Positions 1 to 10,076 of a DNA stretch of 64,000 nt are shown piece after piece. The stretch is from assembly GCA_002329205.1 (NCBI GenBank), contig DCTC01000001.1, forward strand, positions 18,530-82,529, given 5' to 3'. The position numbers and the translations under genes were made by a program. Below the pieces are notes generated by a model. That model did not search any database, was not told the DNA's origin, and saw nothing but the letters and a program-made list of their open reading frames with translations. Numbering within the stretch: the stretch's first letter is position 1; the number at the start of each line of letters is the position of its first letter. The stretch is from Candidatus Roizmanbacteria bacterium UBA1450 (GTDB lineage: Bacteria; Patescibacteriota; Microgenomatia; UBA1406; GWC2-37-13).

Positions 1-508
1 CAAATACTTGAATATTGTGTTTTTTTGCAAATCTCAAGATATCAATTCGCTCCGTCAATGCGACCTTTGATAGATTTGCCATATACAGATTTTTTCCTTT
101 CAAGATTTTTTCAAAATCCGATTCCTTTTCGATTATGTGCTGATGTGGTGTCCGATAATTTATGACTGTTTTCTCTCCAGTTTTGTTGAGTAAAATCGAA
201 GAAATATTGATATATTCCTCTTCCAGATCGCACAAGTCCTTGTGTGCAACTTTTGCCTCATCAAGGCCTTCAAGAATAAGTCTCTTGAATGGATTATTGC
301 CGATTTTTGCGATGACGCCTGCCTTCAACCCTGCCTTAACAACTCCGATAGCTACATTGGCTCCTCCACCTCCAAGACCTTCATAAAAATGGTCTGCAAA
401 GTATTTGCCCCCCACAGCCAGTTCCAATCTTCCATCATGTTCTGTGATAGACTCTCCTTTGTAATAGAGATCAATCGTTACGGTTCCGATAGTAAGTAAA
501 TCAAGCAT
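1..508 (-). CDS. PfkB/ribokinase-family carbohydrate kinase (3' end outside window; absent from ORF track)
   Basis: Manual translation from ATG at 508: MLDLLTIGTVTIDLYY...EGLGGGGANVAIGVVKAGLKAGVIAKIGNNPF, matching the PfkB N-terminal GG.G.N.A signature. Confidence 0.85.
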   Translation of the reverse strand, partial: MLDLLTIGTVTIDLYYKGESITEHDGRLELAVGGKYFADHFYEGLGGGGANVAIGVVKAGLKAGVIAKIGNNPFKRLILEGLDEAKVAHKDLCDLEEEYINISSILLNKTGEKTVINYRTPHQHIIEKESDFEKILKGKNLYMANLSKVALTERIDILRFAKKHNIQVF

Positions 509-613
509 AAAAATAGTATACCGTATAACGTGTTGCGTGCAACGTAGTATTCCAGAAAAAATGAGTAACACGCTTAACGTTACACGATATGTGTTATGCG
601 TTATAATAACTGC

Positions 614-1312
614 ATGCTGACTATCATTGCCGGAGAAGATACAGTTGTATCAAGACAGAAACTTCAGGAACTTCGTGAACAATACAAAAAGAAAGGATAC
701 AGCATAGATCAGGTACCTGTTGTCGAAATTCCAGAGCTTCTGAAAAATGCAGAGGGAGTCACCAATCTCTTCGGACAGGCATCCGTATACATCGTGGAGA
801 ATGTATCATCCAAATATAAAGGCAGAGCTAAAACACCATTCAAAGAAGCTGTCCAGGAGCTTGCAAAAAGCCAGTCAATCCATCTTATCGACTGGGAAGA
901 TGGTAAATCAGCTTATGACCTTTCTTCATTAAAAAAAATTGCCACAACTTTTTATGAAGCAAAGCCGGCAAAAAATATTTTTGAGCTTCTTGATGCCTGT
1001 TATCCGGGCAACCTGACGCAGTTTTTACAGGCACTTGAGATCGTGAACCAGTCACAGGACATCGGTTTTATCTATGCACTCTTGTACAAACACATACGCA
1101 AATTGATACTGACTGCTGAAGGAATCGCAGACAGTAAAACACCACCATGGCAACGTGGCAAACTAACATATCAAGCACAGAAATGGGACAAGAATAAACT
1201 GATACAATTTTATGAAGGTCTGGCCCGTATAGATATTTCCATGAAGACTAGTTCAACGACGTATGACCTCCGCGAATCAATTGAGCTTCTGGTATGTTAT
1301 TATTTGAAATAA
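614..1312 (+). CDS. holA: DNA polymerase III delta subunit-like (short form)
   Basis: MLTIIAGED start, NLFG motif, C-terminal PPWQ...LARIDISMKTS...LELL; TATAAT at 602-607 favours ATG 614. Confidence 0.75.
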   Translation: MLTIIAGEDTVVSRQKLQELREQYKKKGYSIDQVPVVEIPELLKNAEGVTNLFGQASVYIVENVSSKYKGRAKTPFKEAVQELAKSQSIHLIDWEDGKSAYDLSSLKKIATTFYEAKPAKNIFELLDACYPGNLTQFLQALEIVNQSQDIGFIYALLYKHIRKLILTAEGIADSKTPPWQRGKLTYQAQKWDKNKLIQFYEGLARIDISMKTSSTTYDLRESIELLVCYYLK

Positions 1313-1315
1313 GAT

Positions 1316-1546
1316 ATGTCGCATTTAAGTGAACGAAACTTTACCTATGCAGCAACGGCAACTTTTTTATCAGGAGCCGGTTTAGCTTCCGCGCATCTGA
1401 TAGAACGTTTTACGGAATATGACAATGCTCCTAAACTGTTGGCCGGTGCTGCACTTATTGCATACGCAGTCGCACTTGGATTTTGGAAAGAGGAAGAGAG
1501 AGATAGGGAAGTGGAAAAACAAATGAATTACTTCAATAACCAATAA
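1316..1546 (+). CDS. Small hypothetical membrane protein
   Basis: 76-aa ORF filling the holA-PMM gap, two hydrophobic stretches. Confidence 0.5.
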   Translation: MSHLSERNFTYAATATFLSGAGLASAHLIERFTEYDNAPKLLAGAALIAYAVALGFWKEEERDREVEKQMNYFNNQ

Positions 1547-1567
1547 TTATTATTTATTTGCACAGTT

Positions 1568-2971
1568 ATGAACACAATTGATACAAAGATATTTAAGGCA
1601 TATGATATCCGCGGAATTTATCCTGCCCAGATCAACGAACAGGTCATGGAAGATATCATGCGGGCGATTTATACTTTCCTTGCTGATGAAATTGGAAAAA
1701 AAGATTTCACAATCGTACTCGGACGTGATATGCGATTATCCTCACCGGCACTTCATGAAATTGCAAGAGAAACACTGAAGAAATCCGGCGCAAAAGTGAT
1801 CGATATCGGTCTTGCCGCTACACCAACCGTTTATTTTGCCGTAAAACAGTATGATTATGATGCAGGTATCCAAATAAGTGCTTCACACAATCCAAAGGAT
1901 TACAATGGAATAAAAATCGTACGACGGGACGGGGACAGTATCGTAAAAATCGGCAAAGAAACCGGAATGCCGAAGATAACTGAACTTGCTGTAAATAAGA
2001 CGTTTAGTGAATACACCTACGACGGGACTATAATGGAAAAAGATGATGTACTACGGGAGGAGATCAATAAAGCAATGGATGCGATCAATGTAGAAGATAT
2101 ATCTGAACTTAAGATCGTAGCCGATCCAGCAAACTCAATGGGAATAATTCCGTTGCAGGAACTGTTTGACCGGATCAACACAGAATTTATTACCATCAAT
2201 TTTGAACTTGACGGGACTTTTCCCGCACATCAGGCAGATCCTCTCCAGCACAAGACACTGAGACAGCTTCAGGATAAAGTTCAAGAAACCGGCGCTGATC
2301 TGGGAATCTGTACCGACGGCGATGCTGACCGTGCAATGTTTATCAATGAAAAAGGAGAAATCATACCAGCGACTCTCATCACGACCCTCATCGCAGGTGA
2401 AATCCTCCGCGACAATCCCGGTGAACGAATTTTGGTTGATATTCGATATATCCGCAATGTCGAAGATATTGTAAGACAAATGGGCGGAGAAGTAGGCTAT
2501 ACTCCAGTCGGTCATGCATTGATCACGAAACAAGTCAATCAAGAAGATGCCGTTTTTGCCGGAGAGTCATCCGGACATTACTATTTTAGATCTATGGGAG
2601 GATGTGAAAGCACCATTCGTGTAATTCTCTATGTGCTTCGTGTTCTTGCACGTGAACAAAAACCTATATCAGAGATACTTTCAGATCTTCAGACGTCCGT
2701 CGAATCAGGAGAAACAAACTTTGAATTGACTGAAGGAACAAAACCGCAAGATGTAATGGAGAATATCAAAAAGCAATATTCAGACGGTGAACTAAATACG
2801 CTTGACGGTATCGCCATAACATATCCGGATTGGCGATTCAGCGTCCGGAGCTCAAATACGGAACCAGTCGTCCGGTTGAATATTGAAGGAAAATCTCCTG
2901 ATATTGTTAAACAGAAAGAAATGGAACTGAAAAAGATCATCCTTGATATGGGTGCATCAGTTGTGGAGTAA
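1568..2971 (+). CDS. Phosphomannomutase/phosphoglucomutase
   Basis: FKAYDIRG, SASHNP phosphoserine loop, DGDADR metal loop, GESSGH, RSSNTEP. Confidence 0.95.
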   Translation: MNTIDTKIFKAYDIRGIYPAQINEQVMEDIMRAIYTFLADEIGKKDFTIVLGRDMRLSSPALHEIARETLKKSGAKVIDIGLAATPTVYFAVKQYDYDAGIQISASHNPKDYNGIKIVRRDGDSIVKIGKETGMPKITELAVNKTFSEYTYDGTIMEKDDVLREEINKAMDAINVEDISELKIVADPANSMGIIPLQELFDRINTEFITINFELDGTFPAHQADPLQHKTLRQLQDKVQETGADLGICTDGDADRAMFINEKGEIIPATLITTLIAGEILRDNPGERILVDIRYIRNVEDIVRQMGGEVGYTPVGHALITKQVNQEDAVFAGESSGHYYFRSMGGCESTIRVILYVLRVLAREQKPISEILSDLQTSVESGETNFELTEGTKPQDVMENIKKQYSDGELNTLDGIAITYPDWRFSVRSSNTEPVVRLNIEGKSPDIVKQKEMELKKIILDMGASVVE

Positions 2972-3026
2972 TGTTCAGAATTTTCGGCTTTGTTGCAGTA
3001 TAATAGTACTTTGCAGGAGATTAAAT

Positions 3027-4661
3027 ATGCCAGAACAAGAAGGTAATCAAGCTAGTAATCAGAAAACGGTAATTGAACTTTCTGACGTTACGGAAAAACT
3101 TTTTCAAGCTCTCAACAAGATAAAAGGCCGCCCGCCTACAGACGAATTTTCAAAAATAACAGTTTCCCAGACTGTGTCTTTCCTGGCCCTTGCATATGAG
3201 AAGGTCAGAAACGCAATTGAGTATAGGGAAGACCACCTTATCCGCCGAGCTGCAATAGAACGTATTCTTAAACGTCGTCTTTCACTGAATCCTGAAGGAA
3301 AAAATGAAGCGGAAAATGTACTGAGAGAACTGCTGTGGGCGCGATATTTTGCCAACGGCTCGCTCGATGAAGGAGATATCCAGGATATACAGACAATTAT
3401 CCAGAAATATATTACTATACGTAGCAGACTGTTACGGGGACGCAGTAGCAAAAGTAAAGGATTTATTGCCGACTTTCTGATCGAACTCATCACGGCAGAA
3501 ATTGAAGAATTTCTTACTCCCGCAGAATCTCAGCGTGAAGCTGATTTCGGCTACTATATCTTTCAGACATTGAAGGACAAAGTAAAAATTGAGGATGTAA
3601 AAGAATCTCAAAAAGACACCTTCCTTTTTATAGCCATTGAGAAAGCATATCGAAAAAGCGATCAGGCATATCAGCGCTATCATTTATTCCGGCTTTTTTA
3701 CAAACCGTTATCTCAATACTCTGAACAAGAACTGGAAACACTTATTACCAAACTCCCTGATATTTTTAAAAAAATTGACGAGCTGATCGCGAATCCCACT
3801 GTAGAAAAACTGGTACGGTTCGTGCGCAAACAACTGCCACCGTTTCTTATCATTTTTTCTATTCTCAGGGACCACAAGGAAGACCCTAAAACATTGTTTT
3901 CCGATAAAAATAAATTGTGGGCAAAAGTAGAGCAGGTTGCGCGAGATAAATATGCACAAGTTCGCTCGAGACTCAACGTACTCGCATTCAGAAGCCTTAT
4001 CTATATCTTCGTTACCAAAATGGTTTTCGCTTTGATTCTTGAAGTCCCGGTGTCTCAAATCCTTTACAATCATGTCAATTATCTGGCAATCCGTATAAAC
4101 AGCCTTGCTCCGCCTATTTTTATGCTTTTTATAATTCTAACCGTTTCGGTACCCGGAGAGAATAACACAAAAAGGCTTTTTTTACGGATTGTGGACATTA
4201 TTGACAAAGACTCTACATTTGAAAAAGCAACTGCATTTATCACGAAAAAAGTTAAAAATAAACGGCCGATTCTCCTTTTCGGTTTCACAATTCTGTACTT
4301 ATCTACGTTTATTGTGACGTTGTATCTTATTCACCTGATACTGCAACTTGTGGATTTCAATCTGTTGAGTGAAGCACTTTTTATATTCTTCATCAGTGTA
4401 GTCGCATTTTTTGCCTATCGTATCAAGCAAATTGCCAATATGTATCGTCTAACTGAAAAAGGCAGCTTCTTTTCTCCAATCGTTGACTTTTTCTTTATGC
4501 CAATTTTATCTCTCGGAAAATTTTTCAGCGAGGGTGTCTCGAAAATCAACTTTTTCATTGTTATCTTTGATTTCATTATAGAAGCTCCTTTCAAACTGAT
4601 TATCGAGGTGATCGAAGAATGGATTACCTTTGTCCGTCAAAAAAAGGAAGAAATTGTTTGA
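3027..4661 (+). CDS. Large hypothetical membrane protein (soluble N-terminus, several C-terminal TM helices)
   Basis: Long ORF; ATG 3027 preceded by AGGAG; hydrophobic segments in the C-terminal third. Confidence 0.8.
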   Translation: MPEQEGNQASNQKTVIELSDVTEKLFQALNKIKGRPPTDEFSKITVSQTVSFLALAYEKVRNAIEYREDHLIRRAAIERILKRRLSLNPEGKNEAENVLRELLWARYFANGSLDEGDIQDIQTIIQKYITIRSRLLRGRSSKSKGFIADFLIELITAEIEEFLTPAESQREADFGYYIFQTLKDKVKIEDVKESQKDTFLFIAIEKAYRKSDQAYQRYHLFRLFYKPLSQYSEQELETLITKLPDIFKKIDELIANPTVEKLVRFVRKQLPPFLIIFSILRDHKEDPKTLFSDKNKLWAKVEQVARDKYAQVRSRLNVLAFRSLIYIFVTKMVFALILEVPVSQILYNHVNYLAIRINSLAPPIFMLFIILTVSVPGENNTKRLFLRIVDIIDKDSTFEKATAFITKKVKNKRPILLFGFTILYLSTFIVTLYLIHLILQLVDFNLLSEALFIFFISVVAFFAYRIKQIANMYRLTEKGSFFSPIVDFFFMPILSLGKFFSEGVSKINFFIVIFDFIIEAPFKLIIEVIEEWITFVRQKKEEIV

Positions 4662-5159
4662 TCACTTTTTTTGTGAATTATTTGAAGCAACACCAATTTC
4701 TTCAACCTCATCTGTTGCATTAATCAGATCTATCTTACGCAAATTTACTCCCTGTTTTTTTACCGAAACCAACCCGTTTATAATGCGTCTGGCCTTAATA
4801 GCATCTTTTTGCCAAAGATAGTTCACCGGTTCCGGTTGCTGAATATATGCTTCCATCTCGATAACAAGAGAAGCAAAAAACAAGCCTGTAGTCGTTGTTG
4901 CTTTTACAATATCTTCAAAAGGGATTGAGGTTGTCTGAGTTGACAAAAAAAACAACCCATGCTTTACATCAACTTTATTTTCATCAATAATTATTTCATC
5001 CGGAAAAAAATCGAAAGGAAATACAGATTTACATCTATAAAGAATATGCTGGGATCCCTTCAAAGTATGCTCAAATTTTTCTACTTCTCGTTTCTCGCCG
5101 GTAACTGAAGTAGAAATCTCTTGTGTTTCCTCTGTTGTTTTATTATTAGCATGTTTCAT
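4662..5159 (-). CDS. Hypothetical protein, possible bacterial PH-like domain
   Basis: FPFDFFPDEIIIDENKV...GLFF...SIPFEDI pattern resembles bPH-type domains. Confidence 0.6.
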   Translation of the reverse strand: MKHANNKTTEETQEISTSVTGEKREVEKFEHTLKGSQHILYRCKSVFPFDFFPDEIIIDENKVDVKHGLFFLSTQTTSIPFEDIVKATTTTGLFFASLVIEMEAYIQQPEPVNYLWQKDAIKARRIINGLVSVKKQGVNLRKIDLINATDEVEEIGVASNNSQKK

Positions 5160-5227
5160 AGCTTGACTATATCAAACTCATGCAAAAAACAGCATAATAA
5201 TTTGTAAATGTTTTATAATAAACCCTT

Positions 5228-6256
5228 ATGGATTCGTTTTGGACAAAAAAACAATTAATTGGCCTTTCTCCGATGGACGGCGTTACGGATGCAGCTTTCC
5301 GGTATATAACCGACAAGTATGGCAAACCAGACATTCTGTTTACAGAATTTGTACCAGTCGAAGGGCTTGCCCGCGGTGCTACAAAACTGCTTCAGAGCTT
5401 TGTACATCATGCGACGGACACACCGACAATCGCACAGATTTACGGAACCGACCTCAATGCATATTACCAGGCAGCAATCGTAGCAGCCGAGCTCGGTTTT
5501 GACGGCATTGATATCAATATGGGTTGTCCCGATAGAGCAGTTGCACGAAAAGGTGCCGGTGCAGGTCTTATAAAAACTCCAAGACTTGCACAGGATATTA
5601 TTCGCACTGTAAAAAGAGCTGTAATAGATTGGAGTGAAGGTCAAAGTATGGAAAAAGTACAGGTTCATGACGAAATAACCCAAACCATACTGAAATATCG
5701 AAAAACATATCAGTTCCATGTCACAAAAAAGATACTGCCTGTGTCTGTCAAAACCCGAATAGGGTATGATACGGTTGTAACTGAAGACTGGATGAACTAC
5801 CTGCTGGAGGCCGGACCTATCGCGATATCCGTCCATGGAAGAACTCTAGCACAAATGTACACGGGGAGAGCGGACTGGGATGAAATCGGAAAAGCGGCAG
5901 CTTTAGCTCATGATTCAACTATTCGCCTCCTGGGAAACGGTGATATCAGCTCCCTTACTGAAGCAAAACAGAAGCTCAAAACCTATAGATTGGATGGTAT
6001 CCTTATCGGCAGAGCGTCTTTCGGCAACCCGTGGATTTTTTCTGATACTGTGGCAGATTATAAGACGCGATTGAAAACGGCACTCGAACATGCGGAAATA
6101 TTTGCCGAGCTGTTGCCAGATGCACATTTTGTATCACTCCGTAAACATATGGCCTGGTATTGCCGCGGCTTTGACCATGCTGCCGAAGTAAGGGAAAAAC
6201 TTATGCATATTAATACGGTGGACGATGTCCGCCGCATTTTGAGAGAGATTGTTTAA
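5228..6256 (+). CDS. dus: tRNA-dihydrouridine synthase (Dus family)
   Basis: LSPMDGVTD, IDINMGCP, VSVKTRIG, VHGRT, GNGDI, IGRASFGNPWIF. Confidence 0.95.
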   Translation: MDSFWTKKQLIGLSPMDGVTDAAFRYITDKYGKPDILFTEFVPVEGLARGATKLLQSFVHHATDTPTIAQIYGTDLNAYYQAAIVAAELGFDGIDINMGCPDRAVARKGAGAGLIKTPRLAQDIIRTVKRAVIDWSEGQSMEKVQVHDEITQTILKYRKTYQFHVTKKILPVSVKTRIGYDTVVTEDWMNYLLEAGPIAISVHGRTLAQMYTGRADWDEIGKAAALAHDSTIRLLGNGDISSLTEAKQKLKTYRLDGILIGRASFGNPWIFSDTVADYKTRLKTALEHAEIFAELLPDAHFVSLRKHMAWYCRGFDHAAEVREKLMHINTVDDVRRILREIV

Positions 6257-7200
6257 ATAGTTCTTCTCAAAAAACTCTGAAGTGACTCAAATTGTTCGGG
6301 ATTATAGATCGAGACCGGAATGACTTCCTTTTGATATGATTTCAGTGTATGTATAAGTTCTTTTTGTTTTTTCTCATCTACAAGGTCTGTTTTTGTTAAT
6401 AGAATTATTTGCTCCTTTGCAGCAAGGCCCGGATTGTAGCTTGCAAGTTCATATTGGACAGTCTCATAATCACGTTTGATATTCTCAGAATTCGCCGCGA
6501 TACAATGGAGAATTACCGGTACTTTTTCTACATGTTTTAGAAATTTGAAACCCAATCCTTTCCCCTTAGATGCGCCTTCAATAAGTCCCGGAATATCCGC
6601 GATGACTTTATTCTCGAAAACACCGAGATTCGGTTCGAGTGTCGTAAATGCATACATGGCCGTTTTAACTTTTGCTGAGGTAAGCTCGTTGAGCAAACTG
6701 CTTTTTCCTGCATTTGGCAAACCTACCAGTCCGAAATCAGCTATCAATCTCAAAACTGTTCGAAATGATCTGGACTGTCCTGGTTCTCCTTGTTCAAATT
6801 CTCGAGGAACCTGATGTGTCGAAGTGGCAAATGATGTATTTCCGCGTCCACCTTGTCCGCCTCGGGCAAGAAGATAAATGCGTTCATCGTCATTGATTTC
6901 AATCTCAAATCCTGTCTCGATATCCTTCAATAAAGTCCCAACAGGTACAGTAAGGATTACGTCTTCACCGTCTCGTCCGTTTTTACGAAAGCTTTGCCCC
7001 GGCTGTCCATCTTCGGCTTTATACGTCTTTGCGCCCATATATTTATGTAGGTCAGCCATTTGACGGTCACCTTTGACCAAGACACTTCCGCCATTTCCTC
7101 CCGGGCCTCCGCTCGGTCCTTTTTTCATGGGAAAGAATGCGACAGCGCCATTACCACCGCTTCCACCTTTTACTTTGATAATTACTTCATCTATAAACAT
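6253..7200 (-). CDS. obgE: GTPase Obg/CgtA (no C-terminal extension)
   Basis: MFIDEV, Gly-rich Obg domain, GLPNAGKSS, YAFTTLEP, DIPGLIEGA. Confidence 0.95.
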   Translation of the reverse strand: MFIDEVIIKVKGGSGGNGAVAFFPMKKGPSGGPGGNGGSVLVKGDRQMADLHKYMGAKTYKAEDGQPGQSFRKNGRDGEDVILTVPVGTLLKDIETGFEIEINDDERIYLLARGGQGGRGNTSFATSTHQVPREFEQGEPGQSRSFRTVLRLIADFGLVGLPNAGKSSLLNELTSAKVKTAMYAFTTLEPNLGVFENKVIADIPGLIEGASKGKGLGFKFLKHVEKVPVILHCIAANSENIKRDYETVQYELASYNPGLAAKEQIILLTKTDLVDEKKQKELIHTLKSYQKEVIPVSIYNPEQFESLQSFLRRTI

Positions 7201-7296
7201 ATAGTCATATTATAGAGCGACACGCGGATAATATCCAGTTAGAAGATTATAAAAGCACGTTTCTTGTTTCAAGTTTTGTTATAATAAACAGCATCT

Positions 7297-8583
7297 ATGG
7301 AACTTGTGATTATTATTATACTTATACTACTTAACGGATTTTTATCCATGTCTGAAGTCGCGCTGATATCTACTAAAAAGTCACGGCTCAAACATCTCGC
7401 AGAAGAAGGCAATAAAAATGCTGAAATTGCTCTTCAGATGGCTGAAAACCCAAACCGTTTTTTTTCAACCGTTCAGGTCGGAATTACTCTTATCGGAATA
7501 TTGACCGGTGCATTTGGAGGACTGGCACTCTCAGAACCGGTTTCAGTTTTCTTTTATCGGATCGGAATCCCGCCCAAAGCTGCTGAATCACTCGGTTTAG
7601 CGCTTGTCGTTGTCGGTATAACGTATTTTTCGCTCGTTATCGGCGAACTGGTTCCGAAACGTCTCGGAATGGGATTTTCTGATAGAGTAGCTCTTCTCAT
7701 GGCAGGCCCTATGTTTACACTGGCACGTGTATTTCATCCTTTTGTTGAAATCCTTACCAAATCTACTGATTTTGTAATGCATGTTCTGCATATCAAAACA
7801 AAGAAAAATCTCCCGGTAAGTGAGGAAGAAGTTCGGATGCTAATTCAGGAAGGAGCGCAGCTTGGGGTTTTTGAAGCTGTTGAAAAAAACATTGTTGAGA
7901 AAGTTCTCAATATTGGCGATGCAAAAGTAACAGCACTTATGCGAGCACGTAATAAAGTGATGTGGCTCGATGTAAATGCCTCAGATACCGAACTCACGGA
8001 AACGATTCTCGAGCATCAATACTCCTATTTCCCGGTATCTGACGGAGAACTAGACAATATTATCGGTGTGCTGCGCACGGATTCGTTCCTGGCCGAAACT
8101 ATCGAGAAAAAGGGTAAAAAGCTCAATATCAGACAATTGCTTCACAAGCCGCTTCTTATTCCCAAAAATAAAAAAGTTCTTGACGCATTGGAATTGTTTA
8201 AACGAATGCGAATACATTTGGGGATTATTATCGACGAGTACGGCAATGTGCAAGGAATTATTACCTTAACTGATATTCTGGAATCAATTGTGGGAGATAT
8301 ACCGGATATCAATGAACAGGAGGATGCTCAAATTATACGTCGAAGCAAAAATACCTGGTACGTGGACGGACTGGTATCAACTGCTTATTTTAAGGATCAC
8401 TTCAAGATCGAAGAGCTGCCTGATGAAGAAGAGGAGGAATACAACACGATCGGCGGCTTCGTCATGAACAGCTTGGGACGGGTCCCGATCACCGGTGACA
8501 AAGTAACGCTCAATGGCTATCAAATTGAAGTTGCAGATATGGACGGTCATCGCGTGGATAAAGTACTTGTACAAAAACTCTAG
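7297..8583 (+). CDS. HlyC/CorC (CNNM-CBS-CorC) hemolysin-family transporter
   Basis: LNGFLSMSEVAL, STVQVGIT, GELVPK, CBS pair with IIDEYG, C-terminal YNTIGGFV. Confidence 0.92.
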   Translation: MELVIIIILILLNGFLSMSEVALISTKKSRLKHLAEEGNKNAEIALQMAENPNRFFSTVQVGITLIGILTGAFGGLALSEPVSVFFYRIGIPPKAAESLGLALVVVGITYFSLVIGELVPKRLGMGFSDRVALLMAGPMFTLARVFHPFVEILTKSTDFVMHVLHIKTKKNLPVSEEEVRMLIQEGAQLGVFEAVEKNIVEKVLNIGDAKVTALMRARNKVMWLDVNASDTELTETILEHQYSYFPVSDGELDNIIGVLRTDSFLAETIEKKGKKLNIRQLLHKPLLIPKNKKVLDALELFKRMRIHLGIIIDEYGNVQGIITLTDILESIVGDIPDINEQEDAQIIRRSKNTWYVDGLVSTAYFKDHFKIEELPDEEEEEYNTIGGFVMNSLGRVPITGDKVTLNGYQIEVADMDGHRVDKVLVQKL

Positions 8584-8598
8584 TCACATAAATCCTTC

Positions 8599-8910
8599 TT
8601 ATATCTGTTTCGGTACGATTGATTGAATCACGTATGATCCCTGTGTAGACATGTATTGGTAGGAGGATATCTGTGTCGATCTATTTCGGGCTGTTCGAAC
8701 CGATAGCATATTTCCCCAATCTCCAGGCCTACATCCATTACCTCCCCGTACCATGAAATAATACTCAGTGTTCGGCGTCAGATGATTGATTTTATAATGA
8801 ATAGCTCCCGTACTCCGCACTTGGGGAAATTCTACCCCGTAAATCCATTCATGAGCCTTGCGTCCGTAAGCAATATAAAAGGATGTATATTTTCTCGGTG
8901 GTGGTGTTGC
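8599..8910 (-). pseudogene. 5'-truncated fibronectin type III domain gene fragment
   Basis: Frame reads ATPPPRKYTSFYIAYG...YKINHLTPNTEYYFMVRGGNGCRPGDWGN (FN3 L.P.T.Y.F.V signature) but runs into a terminator hairpin and an in-frame TGA (8940-8938) with no start codon. Confidence 0.6.
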
Positions 8911-8912
8911 AC

Positions 8913-8938
8913 AAAAAAAGCCGGGATAACCCGGCTTT
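8913..8938 (-). terminator. Intrinsic terminator of the 8960-9199 gene
   Basis: AAAGCCGGG-TTAT-CCCGGCTTT with a T tract on the minus strand. Confidence 0.85.
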
Positions 8939-8959
8939 CATTTGGACAATAAATAAATA

Positions 8960-9199
8960 TTAGAGTGTATCATGGGGATCTACCAAAGATCCATCACCCC
9001 ATTCCATCACTGCAGCATTTTCATTGGCATGTTCGCCTCCTTGTCCCGGGACTGCCATACGATGGTTTTCCCAGTCAAATCTGACATCAGGATTGTTGTT
9101 GTTTACATAATGCATACCATAGTCATTGGTGAATGCTCCTTTACCGAACATGGCCGGTACGGCAAGCAGTATAAACACTAGTACAGTTGTATATTTCAT
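8960..9199 (-). CDS. Small secreted hypothetical protein
   Basis: Signal-peptide-like N-terminus, strong SD AAAGGAGGTGA upstream, terminator downstream. Confidence 0.7.
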   Translation of the reverse strand: MKYTTVLVFILLAVPAMFGKGAFTNDYGMHYVNNNNPDVRFDWENHRMAVPGQGGEHANENAAVMEWGDGSLVDPHDTL

Positions 9200-9338
9200 G
9201 AATTACTTCACCTCCTTTCTGATTACTGATTTAACTTTACTCGAATATGAAGGTCATATCGAAAGAGAACTATAAAAACTAGGTAAGAAAAATAAGTATG
9301 ATATAGCCACTCAGATCAAGCTATGTTATTCTTAAGCC

Positions 9339-9656
9339 ATGGATCGACTTAAACCTTTTCCACTTACGGAGCAAATTACATCCAGAAAACTTATAAACGG
9401 CAGTCTCGTTGCAGCGATGATATTTTTGGGGGCTTGCAATGATGGAGGAGAGCCGACTCGTGAGCCTGTCCTATGGGTCCCGGAACGGATACGGTGCGGC
9501 AATGGTGAAGGCTACGTCACTCACGAAGAAGACGGATGGGCTTTTCATGATGAACGGATTATCGAAGATGAACCACAGATCAGAAGAGGAATATTCTCAC
9601 AAGCAGAAGCGATCGGGCATTGCACGACAGAGGGAATTCGTAGCCAGGGAAAATAA
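9339..9656 (+). CDS. Hypothetical, possible lipoprotein
   Basis: Hydrophobic segment ending in the lipobox-like FLGAC. Confidence 0.55.
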   Translation: MDRLKPFPLTEQITSRKLINGSLVAAMIFLGACNDGGEPTREPVLWVPERIRCGNGEGYVTHEEDGWAFHDERIIEDEPQIRRGIFSQAEAIGHCTTEGIRSQGK

Positions 9657-9717
9657 TTCATAATTTCCCCTCGGGGACTAGGTATTACATACTGTTGCTT
9701 CTCATCCCCGTACCTTG

Positions 9718-9789
9718 TGAGTCCGCGGGGATTCGAACCCCGAACCAATAGCTTAAGAGGCTACTGCTCTGCCGTTGAGCTACGGACCC
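9718..9789 (-). tRNA. tRNA-Lys(CTT)
   Basis: GGGTCCGTAGCTCAACGGCAGAGCAGTAGC-CTCTTAA-GCTATTGGTTCGGGGTTCGAATCCCCGCGGACTCA cloverleaf. Confidence 0.95.
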
Positions 9790-9935
9790 GTTTTAGTCTT
9801 TGGTCTATAGACTTTGGTCGTTGGAACTTTTTGATCTCAATATTTTATCAGTACCAAAGATTCTTTCCAAACATTAAGTTTCTCAAACTTATGTATAAGT
9901 ACTATTGTCAATCGTCCAAAGACCAATGTCCAACA

Positions 9936-10010
9936 TGGTGCCCCTAGAGGGAATCGAACCCCCATCACTGGTTCCGAAGACCAGTGCTCTATCCTTTAAG
10001 CTATAGGGGC
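9936..10010 (-). tRNA. tRNA-Arg(TCG), CCA encoded
   Basis: GCCCCTATAGCTTAAAGGATAGAGCA-CTGGT-CTTCGGA-ACCAG-TGATGGGGGTTCGATTCCCTCTAGGGGCACCA. Confidence 0.95.
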
Positions 10011-10076
10011 AAATATGCTGTCATATCTGCAAATAACCCGATATTCCAAGAATGTAGATATTATACTATACATATC

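Noticed and set aside
162..499. Two plus-strand ORFs
   Set aside because: Antisense to the PfkB kinase reading frame on the minus strand
9545..10076. ORFs 9545-9748 and 9717-9947, and the 9984 start of the methyltransferase
   Set aside because: They overlap tRNA-Lys or tRNA-Arg and are translation artefacts
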